Shown piece by piece: positions 35,957 through 43,979 of a stretch of 64,000 bases of DNA; position 1 is the stretch's first letter; each line of letters opens with the position of its first letter. Origin of the DNA: an uncultured Pseudomonadota bacterium (GTDB taxonomy: Bacteria > Pseudomonadota > Alphaproteobacteria > RF32 > CAG-239). The DNA lies in the NCBI GenBank assembly GCA_902763905.1, contig CACWUA010000009.1, positions 808 to 64,807 of the forward strand. The letters are read 5' to 3'. The notes under the pieces are model-generated. The model saw only the letters and a list, made by a program, of their open reading frames with translations. It was not told the origin of the DNA and did no database searches. Position numbers and translations under genes: made by a program.

Positions 35957-36664
35957 CTAAATCATGCATTGAATGATTTTTTTCACATCCCCATCGTTAT
36001 ATTCAAAATAAGGGAACGGACAAATTATAATTTGTTTTATAAGCGGCGACGGATTATAAACGGCAAAAATGCGATAATTTCTTGATGTCCTGCCGACGAG
36101 AGTAAACCTATCTTCCGGAATATTAAAAGCTTCGGCAAAAAAATTTTTGTATCCGGTTCCGAAACAAAAAATTGTTTTAGGCCGATCCGTTAATTTCAAT
36201 AAATTATCAAAACATTTTTGCCGAGCTTTAATTACACCTTTTTGATAGGACTTAAACGAGGAAAATCCGGTTAACTTTTTATAAGGTTCATTTTCACTCC
36301 AAATTCCTTTTTTTCGCTTATCATCATTTCCTTTAAAAGGTAACGGAAAGAGATTGAGCTTAAAAGAGTCAGAGCCAGAGGAAAAAATCTTACTTCCGTT
36401 TTTAGATTTGGTAATTTTCTGATAAAGTTTATTTAATTTCTTTTCAAATTTCCAAATTTCTTTGTTGTTATTATCTTTTTTTTCAATATCTATATTTGTA
36501 TATTCCGGTTTTTCAACAGGTATCCATTTATCATTTTTATAATATTTGGTTATACCTTCATCTCCCCAGTCTGCCCATTCCATACCGACAAACCAGTATT
36601 GTGCGTTAACATCACCGCCATCAATTCCAGAATAGCTCTCGCAAAAATTTAAGAAATCAACCAT
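35957..36664 (-). CDS. Hypothetical protein; possible UDG-superfamily-like fold (speculative)
   Basis: 235 aa. Order and spacing of FVGMEW, LNLFPLPF, IFCFGTGY and YNPSPL loosely recall UDG motif A, the Asn loop, the GxxA strand and HPSPL motif B. Confidence 0.45.
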   Translation of the reverse strand: MVDFLNFCESYSGIDGGDVNAQYWFVGMEWADWGDEGITKYYKNDKWIPVEKPEYTNIDIEKKDNNNKEIWKFEKKLNKLYQKITKSKNGSKIFSSGSDSFKLNLFPLPFKGNDDKRKKGIWSENEPYKKLTGFSSFKSYQKGVIKARQKCFDNLLKLTDRPKTIFCFGTGYKNFFAEAFNIPEDRFTLVGRTSRNYRIFAVYNPSPLIKQIIICPFPYFEYNDGDVKKIIQCMI

Positions 36665-36741
36665 TTCAAATTATCCTTCTCCTTGTTTGTTTTTTAATAT
36701 TCTATTTTGTTCGGTAATGTGAATCAAGCAGAATATCCAAT

Positions 36742-37083
36742 TTATACCGAGTGTCGATATTGTAGATTTCTTTGAGTTTTTGCACATAAAATGCCTGCGC
36801 CAAAATCTTTTTTATCGGCCATTAATTTAAAGGTTCCGCTCTTACCTCCATCTTTGGAAATAAAAGTTATGCGTCCGCGCGGATATTTTTCGTAAGGTGC
36901 ATTTTTCAGCTCCGGATATTTATGCAAAACTTTCGGCCAACATTTAATATGCTCAAATGTTGAATCATAATACATGTCGGTATGACTTGCTTTTTCTATA
37001 TCTTGAGTAAAACAGGCCAACGTTTGTTTTTCTCCAATCGGTATAAGCCAAAAAATTCCCACTTTCGATCGCATGGATTTCAT
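36742..37083 (-). CDS. Hypothetical 113-aa protein translationally coupled to the DnaB-like gene
   Basis: Start moved to MKSMRSKV. Its ATG overlaps the upstream TGA (ATGA). Confidence 0.45.
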   Translation of the reverse strand: MKSMRSKVGIFWLIPIGEKQTLACFTQDIEKASHTDMYYDSTFEHIKCWPKVLHKYPELKNAPYEKYPRGRITFISKDGGKSGTFKLMADKKDFGAGILCAKTQRNLQYRHSV

Positions 37084-38051
37084 CCTCTCTTCTCTTCCCA
37101 AAATAATCCGGTGGCCCAATCGAAATGCAGTTTAATTATGCCGCAATAGCCGCCGGAATTGCGAGCGATGATTATTTCGCACAAATTCTCAACTTCTTTG
37201 CAACGTTTTTGCCATTTATCATGCCTTTTAACAAATTTTTCGGCGGTTTCGTTTTTGCGTTTTATCGGTTCCGCAAATTGAATATAATAGCTTTCGCGAT
37301 ACAAAAAGATGACATTATCTGCCGCATTCTGATTGCGCATAATCCCGCGAATATCACTCATAAGCGGGTGTTTATCGGCTCGGCTTTCCAACTTCCGTTT
37401 CAACTGCGAAAGCACCACAATCGGCACGTTTAACTTTGTTGCTAAAGTTTTAAGCTGCATAACTATTAAGCTGTAATCTTCTTTTGTTTGATATTCTTCG
37501 CCCAAGAGTTGTAGATAGTCGATAATCACGCATCCGATTTGCTTCTGCTGAGCAATTTTTTGCAATTCTTGAGCAATACCGTCAACTTCAAATACATCCG
37601 CCAGATAATAAATCGGCAATTCCTTAAATGCACGCTCGGCTTTGCAGATTTTTTCAAAGTTTTCTGCCAAATCCTCGCCAAGGCGTAATTTATACGCCGG
37701 AATTGCGGTTTGCAGAGCCAGTAAACGATTGGCAAACAATTTCGGTGCCAAATCCAGGCCGATATACACCACACATTTATCATCTTCGGGATTTTGTTGA
37801 TGCGCCAGATAAAAACCGGCGGCGATATTATACGTCAAATTGGCGGCCAAAGAGGTTTTACCCATCGCCGGTCTGGCCCCGATAATCGTCACTTCTCCGG
37901 ATTTCAGCCCGCCTAATTTATAATCCAAACAATCATAACCGGTAGAAATACCGCATAATTTACCCGGATTTTGGTATTTAAACTCCAACTCTTCCACATA
38001 TTCCCTCATAATTGCGGAAATATGGTTGTTAGGTCTGCAAACTTCGCTCAT
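37080..38051 (-). CDS. DnaB-family ATPase consisting only of the C-terminal RecA-like domain
   Basis: GISTGYDCLDYKLGGLKSGEVTIIGARPAMGKTS (Walker A). VIIDYLQLL (Walker B). LSQLKRKLESRADKHPLMSDIRG. At 323 aa it lacks the DnaB N-terminal domain. Confidence 0.8.
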   Translation of the reverse strand: MSEVCRPNNHISAIMREYVEELEFKYQNPGKLCGISTGYDCLDYKLGGLKSGEVTIIGARPAMGKTSLAANLTYNIAAGFYLAHQQNPEDDKCVVYIGLDLAPKLFANRLLALQTAIPAYKLRLGEDLAENFEKICKAERAFKELPIYYLADVFEVDGIAQELQKIAQQKQIGCVIIDYLQLLGEEYQTKEDYSLIVMQLKTLATKLNVPIVVLSQLKRKLESRADKHPLMSDIRGIMRNQNAADNVIFLYRESYYIQFAEPIKRKNETAEKFVKRHDKWQKRCKEVENLCEIIIARNSGGYCGIIKLHFDWATGLFWEEKRG

Positions 38052-38138
38052 TTTCTGCTCCTATAATAAACCATTTACTTAAAACGATTATATTATAAGA
38101 GTATATTACGACAGTTTCTGACGTATTGTGTACCTTTA

Positions 38139-38177
38139 GGCAAACCAACCAGGGTGTATGTGAAAAGATTATGATTA
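38139..38177 (+). repeat. Direct repeat DR-R (orphan copy of the GNAT 3' end)
   Basis: See 28532-28570. The differences are mostly synonymous (ACT CGG versus ACC AGG). Confidence 0.8.
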
Positions 38178-38294
38178 AGTACTAATCTAATGCTCTTTGC
38201 GGTTAACACTTTATCATATTCTCTCATTTTAGATTTTTCCGATTTTTCGGAATTTTCTAAAATGGAAAAGATTATATTAAAGGATTTAATGAAA

Positions 38295-38366
38295 ATACCG
38301 AAATTGCGACAATATTTACCAAAATATTCCCGAATAATTCCCGAATAATCAAGTAAAAATCCCAAA
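38295..38366 (+). repeat. Second cluster of phased TTNCCGAA-type octamers
   Basis: Sites at 38295, 38316, 38327 and 38338, plus a degenerate one near 38359 (spacing 21, 11, 11, 21). 38316-38366 aligns with 28033-28083. Confidence 0.75.
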
Positions 38367-38367
38367 T

Positions 38368-40431
38368 TTAATAATAATTCTGCTTGTTATCGTGTTCTAC
38401 TTCGCGTTCCAGCGTTGCTAAAATTTCAGGTTCGCAAGCGTCATCTTGCACACAATGATCAAGCACATTAGGTTCCAGACTGTAATATATGGTTACTTTA
38501 TCCTTATAATAATGAGAAATTGCAAAAGAAACATCAAATTTATTTTTATCGCCTTTATCCGGCTCAAAAATACAATTAAAAACGTTGCGAGAATCTTCTT
38601 GTGCATCACATTCAGCCCATACGCCACGTTCATTTTTAATAATTAACAAAGGCTTATCGGTATCGTTATTTTTTTCAAAAACAGCCGTTTCTTCTTTTTC
38701 TTCTGATTCCCATTTTCCAGCCAATACTTCGGCAATTTGCGGCTGTTGATGGAAATATAAGCGGTTATACAATTCATCATATTGTTCTTTCGGTAGCTTT
38801 TTATTATCTTCCGGCTCTCGCCATTTTGCTTCACCTCCGTAAATTGTTCCGGTTCGGTGTGTACTGAATTTCGGCGCTTTTTTCATCAAATAATCAAGTG
38901 CCGTCATTTCTTGTGAATCGGTTAAAGTTATATCGGCACCTTTTTCCAGTAAATATTTTGCTGTTTCATACTGATTTTCTTGTAAGGCATACATTAAAGC
39001 CGTGCGTTTGCCGTTATGAATACACTCAATTTCAAAATCCGAAAAACAATTGGAGTCAACAGTTTGGTGATTGATATCCGCACCGGCATCAAGTAAAATT
39101 TTAATACTTTCCAAATAGCCGTATTGTGCGGCGGTTTGCAATGGAGTTTTACCAAAACTGTTTGGTTTATCAACATTTTTTGTTAGTTTTACGAGTTGTT
39201 TTAAGTTCTGCGGATGGGCAATACTTAATTCCAACAATTCTGCTATGTCATTGTTTTCAGGTAATTGCTCTTTAATTTTTTCCCAATCGGCTCCGATTAG
39301 CAAAAGATAGTTCAAATTATCCGGCGTAATGCGCTTAAAATCGTATGAAGACGGTGGATTCAGTGTTGCTAAAGCCGCGTTTAAGGCCTGTTCCGGTTTG
39401 GCTTTAAATACTTTTACATAATGGTCTTTAAGCATATCAACGGCCTTCTTATAACCGATACCTTTATTGATAACACTATTGAATTTTTTGAAATTATAAT
39501 ATGATTGCACCGCCCACTCGGTATAAGGAAACTCACGCCAATCGGCTATTTTATCGGTTTCAAAATTCGGTTGATATTTTATATCCCAATAATGGGCATC
39601 GGCATTGGCATAAAATACATTAACTATTGAGCCGGAACTGTAAGGTATGGTTTCGGAAATCACATTATCTATGTAAGCATCAAGCTCAGGTGCAAAATCA
39701 TATTTTTTATCAATTACACAGTCGGAAATCATAATTGCCTGAGCTCCGGAACCGCCTCCGGCAATATCGTAATAATACAGCAAATCATGAACCTTGGCAA
39801 AATCGCACGGCAGAATAACTTTCATCGGAATACGCAAGTCCATCCAATATGGAATAGCTTTTACCAAGCAATCTTTATCGGCATAACACTTTTGAAAATC
39901 GTCTTGCACAATTTCTTCATATTCCTCACGGCGCCACGAAGCCTGCCAATTATCATCATCAGCCAAATATTCCATTGTTTTGTTATGCGCGGACTCGGCA
40001 ATTTTTTTATACTCTTCAGAACCGACTTTTTCCGGTTTATAAATCTGCCATAAAATCAACAATTGATATTTTTGTGCCAAAGTGCGTGCCGGAATTTTTT
40101 CCAAATATTCAATAAAATATGCGGTGTCATAATAACTTGCCAACCATGGGTTTAGTTTTGCGGCCGGAGAATATTGCTGTTTGATATCTTGCTCATATTT
40201 CTCAATATATTGCGGATTAATTTTACGCTCTATTGAAAAACCGGCGACAGATTTTTGTTCTTCTTCGGTTAAATCAACCAATGGTTTTTGCTTAAAACGA
40301 TGTAAATCTTCTTCATAAGTTCCGGTAAAATTAATAAACCGGTCAAACATCTCTTTTTCTTTTTCATCAATAGCCTGCGCATTTTTAAGCAAAGCAAAGA
40401 ATATTCCGAGCATTAAGAGTATTTTTTTCAT
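38368..40431 (-). CDS. Secreted ankyrin-repeat protein
   Basis: Start moved to MKKILLMLGIFFALLKNAQA (signal peptide). Ankyrin repeats near the C-terminal third (GKTPLQTAAQYGYLESIKILLDAGADINHQ, KRTALMYALQENQYETAKYLLEKGADI). Confidence 0.85.
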   Translation of the reverse strand: MKKILLMLGIFFALLKNAQAIDEKEKEMFDRFINFTGTYEEDLHRFKQKPLVDLTEEEQKSVAGFSIERKINPQYIEKYEQDIKQQYSPAAKLNPWLASYYDTAYFIEYLEKIPARTLAQKYQLLILWQIYKPEKVGSEEYKKIAESAHNKTMEYLADDDNWQASWRREEYEEIVQDDFQKCYADKDCLVKAIPYWMDLRIPMKVILPCDFAKVHDLLYYYDIAGGGSGAQAIMISDCVIDKKYDFAPELDAYIDNVISETIPYSSGSIVNVFYANADAHYWDIKYQPNFETDKIADWREFPYTEWAVQSYYNFKKFNSVINKGIGYKKAVDMLKDHYVKVFKAKPEQALNAALATLNPPSSYDFKRITPDNLNYLLLIGADWEKIKEQLPENNDIAELLELSIAHPQNLKQLVKLTKNVDKPNSFGKTPLQTAAQYGYLESIKILLDAGADINHQTVDSNCFSDFEIECIHNGKRTALMYALQENQYETAKYLLEKGADITLTDSQEMTALDYLMKKAPKFSTHRTGTIYGGEAKWREPEDNKKLPKEQYDELYNRLYFHQQPQIAEVLAGKWESEEKEETAVFEKNNDTDKPLLIIKNERGVWAECDAQEDSRNVFNCIFEPDKGDKNKFDVSFAISHYYKDKVTIYYSLEPNVLDHCVQDDACEPEILATLEREVEHDNKQNYY

Positions 40432-40673
40432 AACACACCTCAATTTTGTTATATCAACCAAGAGTTAATATATTATGAAAATACCAAGCGGACTAGGAGT
40501 TCGCATTTTATGACCAAGGGAGCTTGGAACCGGGGCTTTCCTTTAAAACGTGCCATATACACGACCAATATCAAAAAATAAAAACGGATACATTTAAATT
40601 AATCATTGGTATTTAACGGAACTTGTGTCTGGTATCACAACTATGAATATCTTCAAGCCAAATATTATTGTTT

Positions 40674-40955
40674 TTAAAGGCAACTTTCCTTCGTTATTGT
40701 GCAAGGCTTACCATTTCCACAATCATTAAAGGCAAAACCTTCTTTACATATTCCGGTATCCATGCAACCATCTATATCATAAGGATCAAGGAATGAAGAA
40801 ATTATATTGATGCTCATGCTCAAAATATATATTCCAGTTATAAGCCATGCTGTATAATAAAACAAACTGCCGATAATCATTTCAAGATACCGAATAAATT
40901 TATTTGTAAACAGTTGCAAAATTTTATGTTGCTCTCTGATTTTTTTCAGAAACAA
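40674..40955 (-). CDS. Hypothetical small membrane protein with a Cys-rich C-terminus
   Basis: 93 aa. Helix WLITGIYILSMSINIISSF, then C-x4-C-x9-C-x5-C-x7-C spacing. Weak evidence. Confidence 0.3.
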   Translation of the reverse strand: MFLKKIREQHKILQLFTNKFIRYLEMIIGSLFYYTAWLITGIYILSMSINIISSFLDPYDIDGCMDTGICKEGFAFNDCGNGKPCTITKESCL

Positions 40956-41103
40956 TATATAAACAAAAAAAAGAATTGATGCATATTATGATGGAGATAT
41001 TCCGGAGCGATGGATAACAATAAAGTAAGAAAACTGATAATGCAACAATTATGCAAGTAATTGTTTCATGAGCTATGTATGGTAACAATGCAATTAATAA
41101 GAA

Positions 41104-41136
41104 CCGCCGGCTAAGCCGGCGGGTCCCCTTTTTTTG
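41104..41136. terminator. GC-rich hairpin terminator
   Basis: CCGCCGGC-taa-GCCGGCGG followed by a T run. Lies just downstream of the DUF1013 gene. Confidence 0.6.
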
Positions 41137-41148
41137 ACATTCGAAAAA

Positions 41149-41934
41149 TTATTTTTTCTTGGCAGCCGGCTTTTTGGCAGCGGCAGTTTTCTTAGCCGGA
41201 GCCTTTTTCGCCGCAGTCTTTTTTACGGTTGCCGTTTTCTTGGCAGCCGGCTTTTTGGCAGCGGCAGTTTTCTTAGCCGGAGCCTTTTTCGCTGCAGTCT
41301 TTTTTGCAGTTGCCGTTTTCTTGGCAGCCGGCTTTTTGGCAGCGGCAGTTTTCTTAGCTTTCTTTATTTTTGGGGTAGCTTTCTTTTCCGACGCTAAGCG
41401 GGCTTCCTCCAGATCTTTTTCGGCAAAAAAGCCGAGATGAATAGCATTCTTAGGTTTTAAGTCTGCATATTCAGGATCTTTGTTTGCAACACCTTCACGG
41501 ATTTTGCGGATGGTATTGTCGGTTGTTTGTAATAAACGACGAATTTCTTTGTCGGCAACTTCCGGATAATTTACCATCATCCACAGAATAGCGGCCGGTT
41601 TCTCTGCGCGTTGTGTCGGTGACAGTACTTTTTTAGCTTTGGCATTATGTTCACGTACGTCATTTTCGAGCTTATTAGGAACAAGGTTGGCGCATGGATC
41701 GGCTTCGCAACGATGAATTTCTTCCCACGAGAGCAAACCGGCTTCTATCGGGCTTTTGCCACGAAGAGATGCTGCAGGAGTTTTAACTCTATCTTTATCT
41801 TTATCGGAAGCGTCCGCAAATGTTTGAACTTCCAATTCGTGAATTTCACAAAATACTGCAATTTGACGGAAGGTCAAGCAAGTGTTTTCAATAAGCCATA
41901 CTGCCGTGGCTTTCGGCATCAAAGGAGCTACCAT
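41149..41934 (-). CDS. DUF1013-family protein with a repetitive Lys/Ala/Pro-rich (histone H1-like) tail
   Basis: The N-terminus MVAPLMPKATAVWLIENTCLTFRQIAVFCEIHELEVQ matches the conserved DUF1013 start recalled for Alphaproteobacteria. The tail is (AAKKPAAKKTATAKKTAAKKAPAKKT)n. Confidence 0.75.
   Translation of the reverse strand: MVAPLMPKATAVWLIENTCLTFRQIAVFCEIHELEVQTFADASDKDKDRVKTPAASLRGKSPIEAGLLSWEEIHRCEADPCANLVPNKLENDVREHNAKAKKVLSPTQRAEKPAAILWMMVNYPEVADKEIRRLLQTTDNTIRKIREGVANKDPEYADLKPKNAIHLGFFAEKDLEEARLASEKKATPKIKKAKKTAAAKKPAAKKTATAKKTAAKKAPAKKTAAAKKPAAKKTATVKKTAAKKAPAKKTAAAKKPAAKKK
41158..41358 (-). repeat. In-frame 81-bp tandem repeat, about 2.5 copies
   Basis: Units start at 41161, 41242 and 41323. 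The two full copies differ at 3 positions. Confidence 0.9.
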
Positions 41935-42072
41935 ATTTTATATCCTTTCATTATTAAATTAGCTTGATGTTTATACAATAGTCGTACTGCACAGAATTTA
42001 CAAATATTTTTTTTAATTTATAAACGCAAAAAGCCCGCAATTTTGCAGGCTCATATTTGCTGTAAGCAGAAA

Positions 42073-42312
42073 TTAATTTGTTTTCAAACCGAAGGCGGCA
42101 AACTTGCTGTTAAATTTGCCAACCTGACCGCCGTTGTCAACAATACGGCGAACACCGGTCCATGCCGGATGCGACTTTGGATCAATTTCCAACTTCATTG
42201 TGTCACCGGCCTTGCCCCAAGTGGATCTGGTTTTAACTTCTGTTCCGTCTGTCATCACATAAGTAATCTCGTGATAATCAGGGTGAATACCTTTTTTCAT
42301 TTTTATCTCCAA
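42073..42312 (-). CDS. rpmE: 50S ribosomal protein L31
   Basis: [30 protein letters not shown]... Confidence 0.95.
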   Translation of the reverse strand: MEIKMKKGIHPDYHEITYVMTDGTEVKTRSTWGKAGDTMKLEIDPKSHPAWTGVRRIVDNGGQVGKFNSKFAAFGLKTN

Positions 42313-42403
42313 TTCAAATACTTTATATAAGTTTTTACGCTTTTATACATTAAGCAATTTAAATACGCAAGCATTATTTTTATGATTTTTAAATTTTTTT
42401 TAA

Positions 42404-43186
42404 TTATTTTGCAACAGCATCGGCGATCTTTTGCTTTAAGGCCTCGTTGGTGGCAAAAATACTGCATCCGTACAGGGCGTTTTGCAAGTTTTCCGACCTA
42501 GTATCTGTTTCACCGAGAGCAAAAACATAGCCGCCGGCTTCTTTAACCAGCAAAGTACCGGCGCTTCATGCGCAAAAATCGCTTTCTGCGGCAATTGCTA
42601 CATCAATTTTGCCGGCTGCAACATATGCCAAATCCAACGATGTTGATCCGCTGATTCGCAGATTAGTGCTAACGGATAAAGCACTTTGCACTGCTTTGGC
42701 ATCAGTATTAGTCGCAATCAACGCTCTTTCGGCATTTTTGCAAGCGGCAACGCGTAAACGTTCGTGGTTGCGGAAACCTTCCTTAAAAGCGCCACTGCCT
42801 TTTTCGGCAAAAAATAACTCGTCATTAATCGGGCTGTAAATTACCGATGCTACGGCAATGTGGTTTTCAATCAGCGCAGCAGAAATAGCAAAAGTTGCAT
42901 TGCCGTGGGCAAAATTGGCAAAGCCGTCAATCGGGCAAATGGCAAAACAATTGCCGCTTAAAACACTGTTTTGCTGTGTGCGCACAACGCTATAACCGGA
43001 TTTGATTTTACTCAGTTCTTCCTGCAAAATTTTTTGTGCTTTTTCATAAGAACGCAGAGCAAACGAATTATCTCCGTGTATTGAGTTTTGCAGATGCTCC
43101 AGTTCGTTAAAATCACGCCCCAATGCAGATGCCGTTTTTTTTACGGCACTTATCATCAGGTTCAATGTCGGGGAAATATAAGCCAT
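42404..43186 (-). pseudogene. suhB: Inositol monophosphatase/SuhB-family gene interrupted by an in-frame TGA (42563-42565), with degenerate catalytic motifs
   Basis: The ORF 42566-43186 ends ..ESDFCA-TGA. The same frame continues SAGTLLVKEAGGYVFALGE...VAK-TAA. That gives the family's xAAGxLLVxEAGG motif and a normal total length. Confidence 0.75.
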
Positions 43187-43749
43187 TATTTTGCTCTTTC
43201 CACATAATTTGCTTCGGATGTGCCGACCACAATTTTATCGCCTACATTAATAAACGGCGGAACACCGATGCGAACACCGTTATCCAAAATTGCCGGTTTA
43301 TACGACGAAGAAACAGTCTGACCTTTCAGCGCCGGTTCGGTTTCTACCACGGTGCAGACAACCTGCAACGGCAAATCAACCGAAATCGGACGACCGTCAA
43401 TATAAGAAACGCGAACTTGCATACCATCGGTCAAAAACGGACGAGAATCGCCCAAAATATCGGACGGCATTGAGAATTGTTCGAATGTGTCATTTTCCAT
43501 AAAAGTCAATCCGGCGGAATCTTCAAACAAAAATTGGCAATCTCTGTCTTCCACCATCAATTTTTCAACCGTATCCTCGGTGCGGAAACGTTCGTTGGTT
43601 TTGGTACCGGCCTCAACTTCTTTCATTTCGACCTGCATAAATGCACCGCCCTTACCCGGCTTGATGTGTACGGCTTTGGTAATGGTCCACGGTTTACCCT
43701 TATATTCGATAACCCAGCCGATTCTGATGGCTCCTGCAAGTTGTTTCAT
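43186..43749 (-). CDS. efp: Elongation factor P
   Basis: 187 aa. ..HIKPGKGGAFMQVEMKEVEAGTKTNERFR.. typical of EF-P. Confidence 0.95.
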   Translation of the reverse strand: MKQLAGAIRIGWVIEYKGKPWTITKAVHIKPGKGGAFMQVEMKEVEAGTKTNERFRTEDTVEKLMVEDRDCQFLFEDSAGLTFMENDTFEQFSMPSDILGDSRPFLTDGMQVRVSYIDGRPISVDLPLQVVCTVVETEPALKGQTVSSSYKPAILDNGVRIGVPPFINVGDKIVVGTSEANYVERAK

Positions 43750-43979
43750 ATTAGTATCTCCTATTCACAATTTTAAAAAAGATTGATTTATTTCAAGCGC
43801 TAAACGATTCGCTTTGATGAGCGCAACATAAAATATTTTTTTTTATTTGGCAAGCAGAATCGTACTTTTTTAGCGGTTTTTTTGCAAAAAACTATTGACA
43901 AAATTGCGGAGAATGGTAAGCTGGAAGTAACATGATAAAGTAATCTCGTGATGAGCATGTTATGTAATTGGAGAAGCCT

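Larger units (their letters stand above)
28571..38138. mobile_element. Candidate integrated element (about 9.6 kb) bounded by the duplicated GNAT 3' end; no integrase recognised
   Basis: Flanking direct repeats. Contents are phage/plasmid-like (DnaB-like x2, DnaQ-like, WYL regulator, nuclease, small ORFs). Confidence 0.4.

Noticed and set aside
38093-38365. 90-aa minus-strand ORF
   Set aside because: It covers the orphan GNAT 3' repeat and the TTNCCGAA array. The region is better explained as non-coding repeat DNA.
40462-40673. A possible structured RNA in the gap after the secreted ankyrin gene (CCAAGC...GCTTGG stem around 40485-40530)
   Set aside because: There is only one short stem, no conserved motif I recognise, and no terminator. 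The evidence is insufficient.
41134-41440. Plus-strand ORFs 41134-41397 and 41159-41440 (87 and 93 aa, repetitive F/L/G/A-rich)
   Set aside because: They are the antisense frames of the 81-bp tandem repeat inside the DUF1013 gene. Their low-complexity translations are artefacts of the repeat.
42563-42565. Genome-wide UGA-to-Trp recoding (genetic code 4) as the explanation for the in-frame TGA in the suhB-like gene
   Set aside because: Several well-supported genes in the window terminate at TGA at their expected lengths (accA at 54306-54308, the 18975-19898 gene, the LpoA-like gene). No other gene needs TGA read-through.
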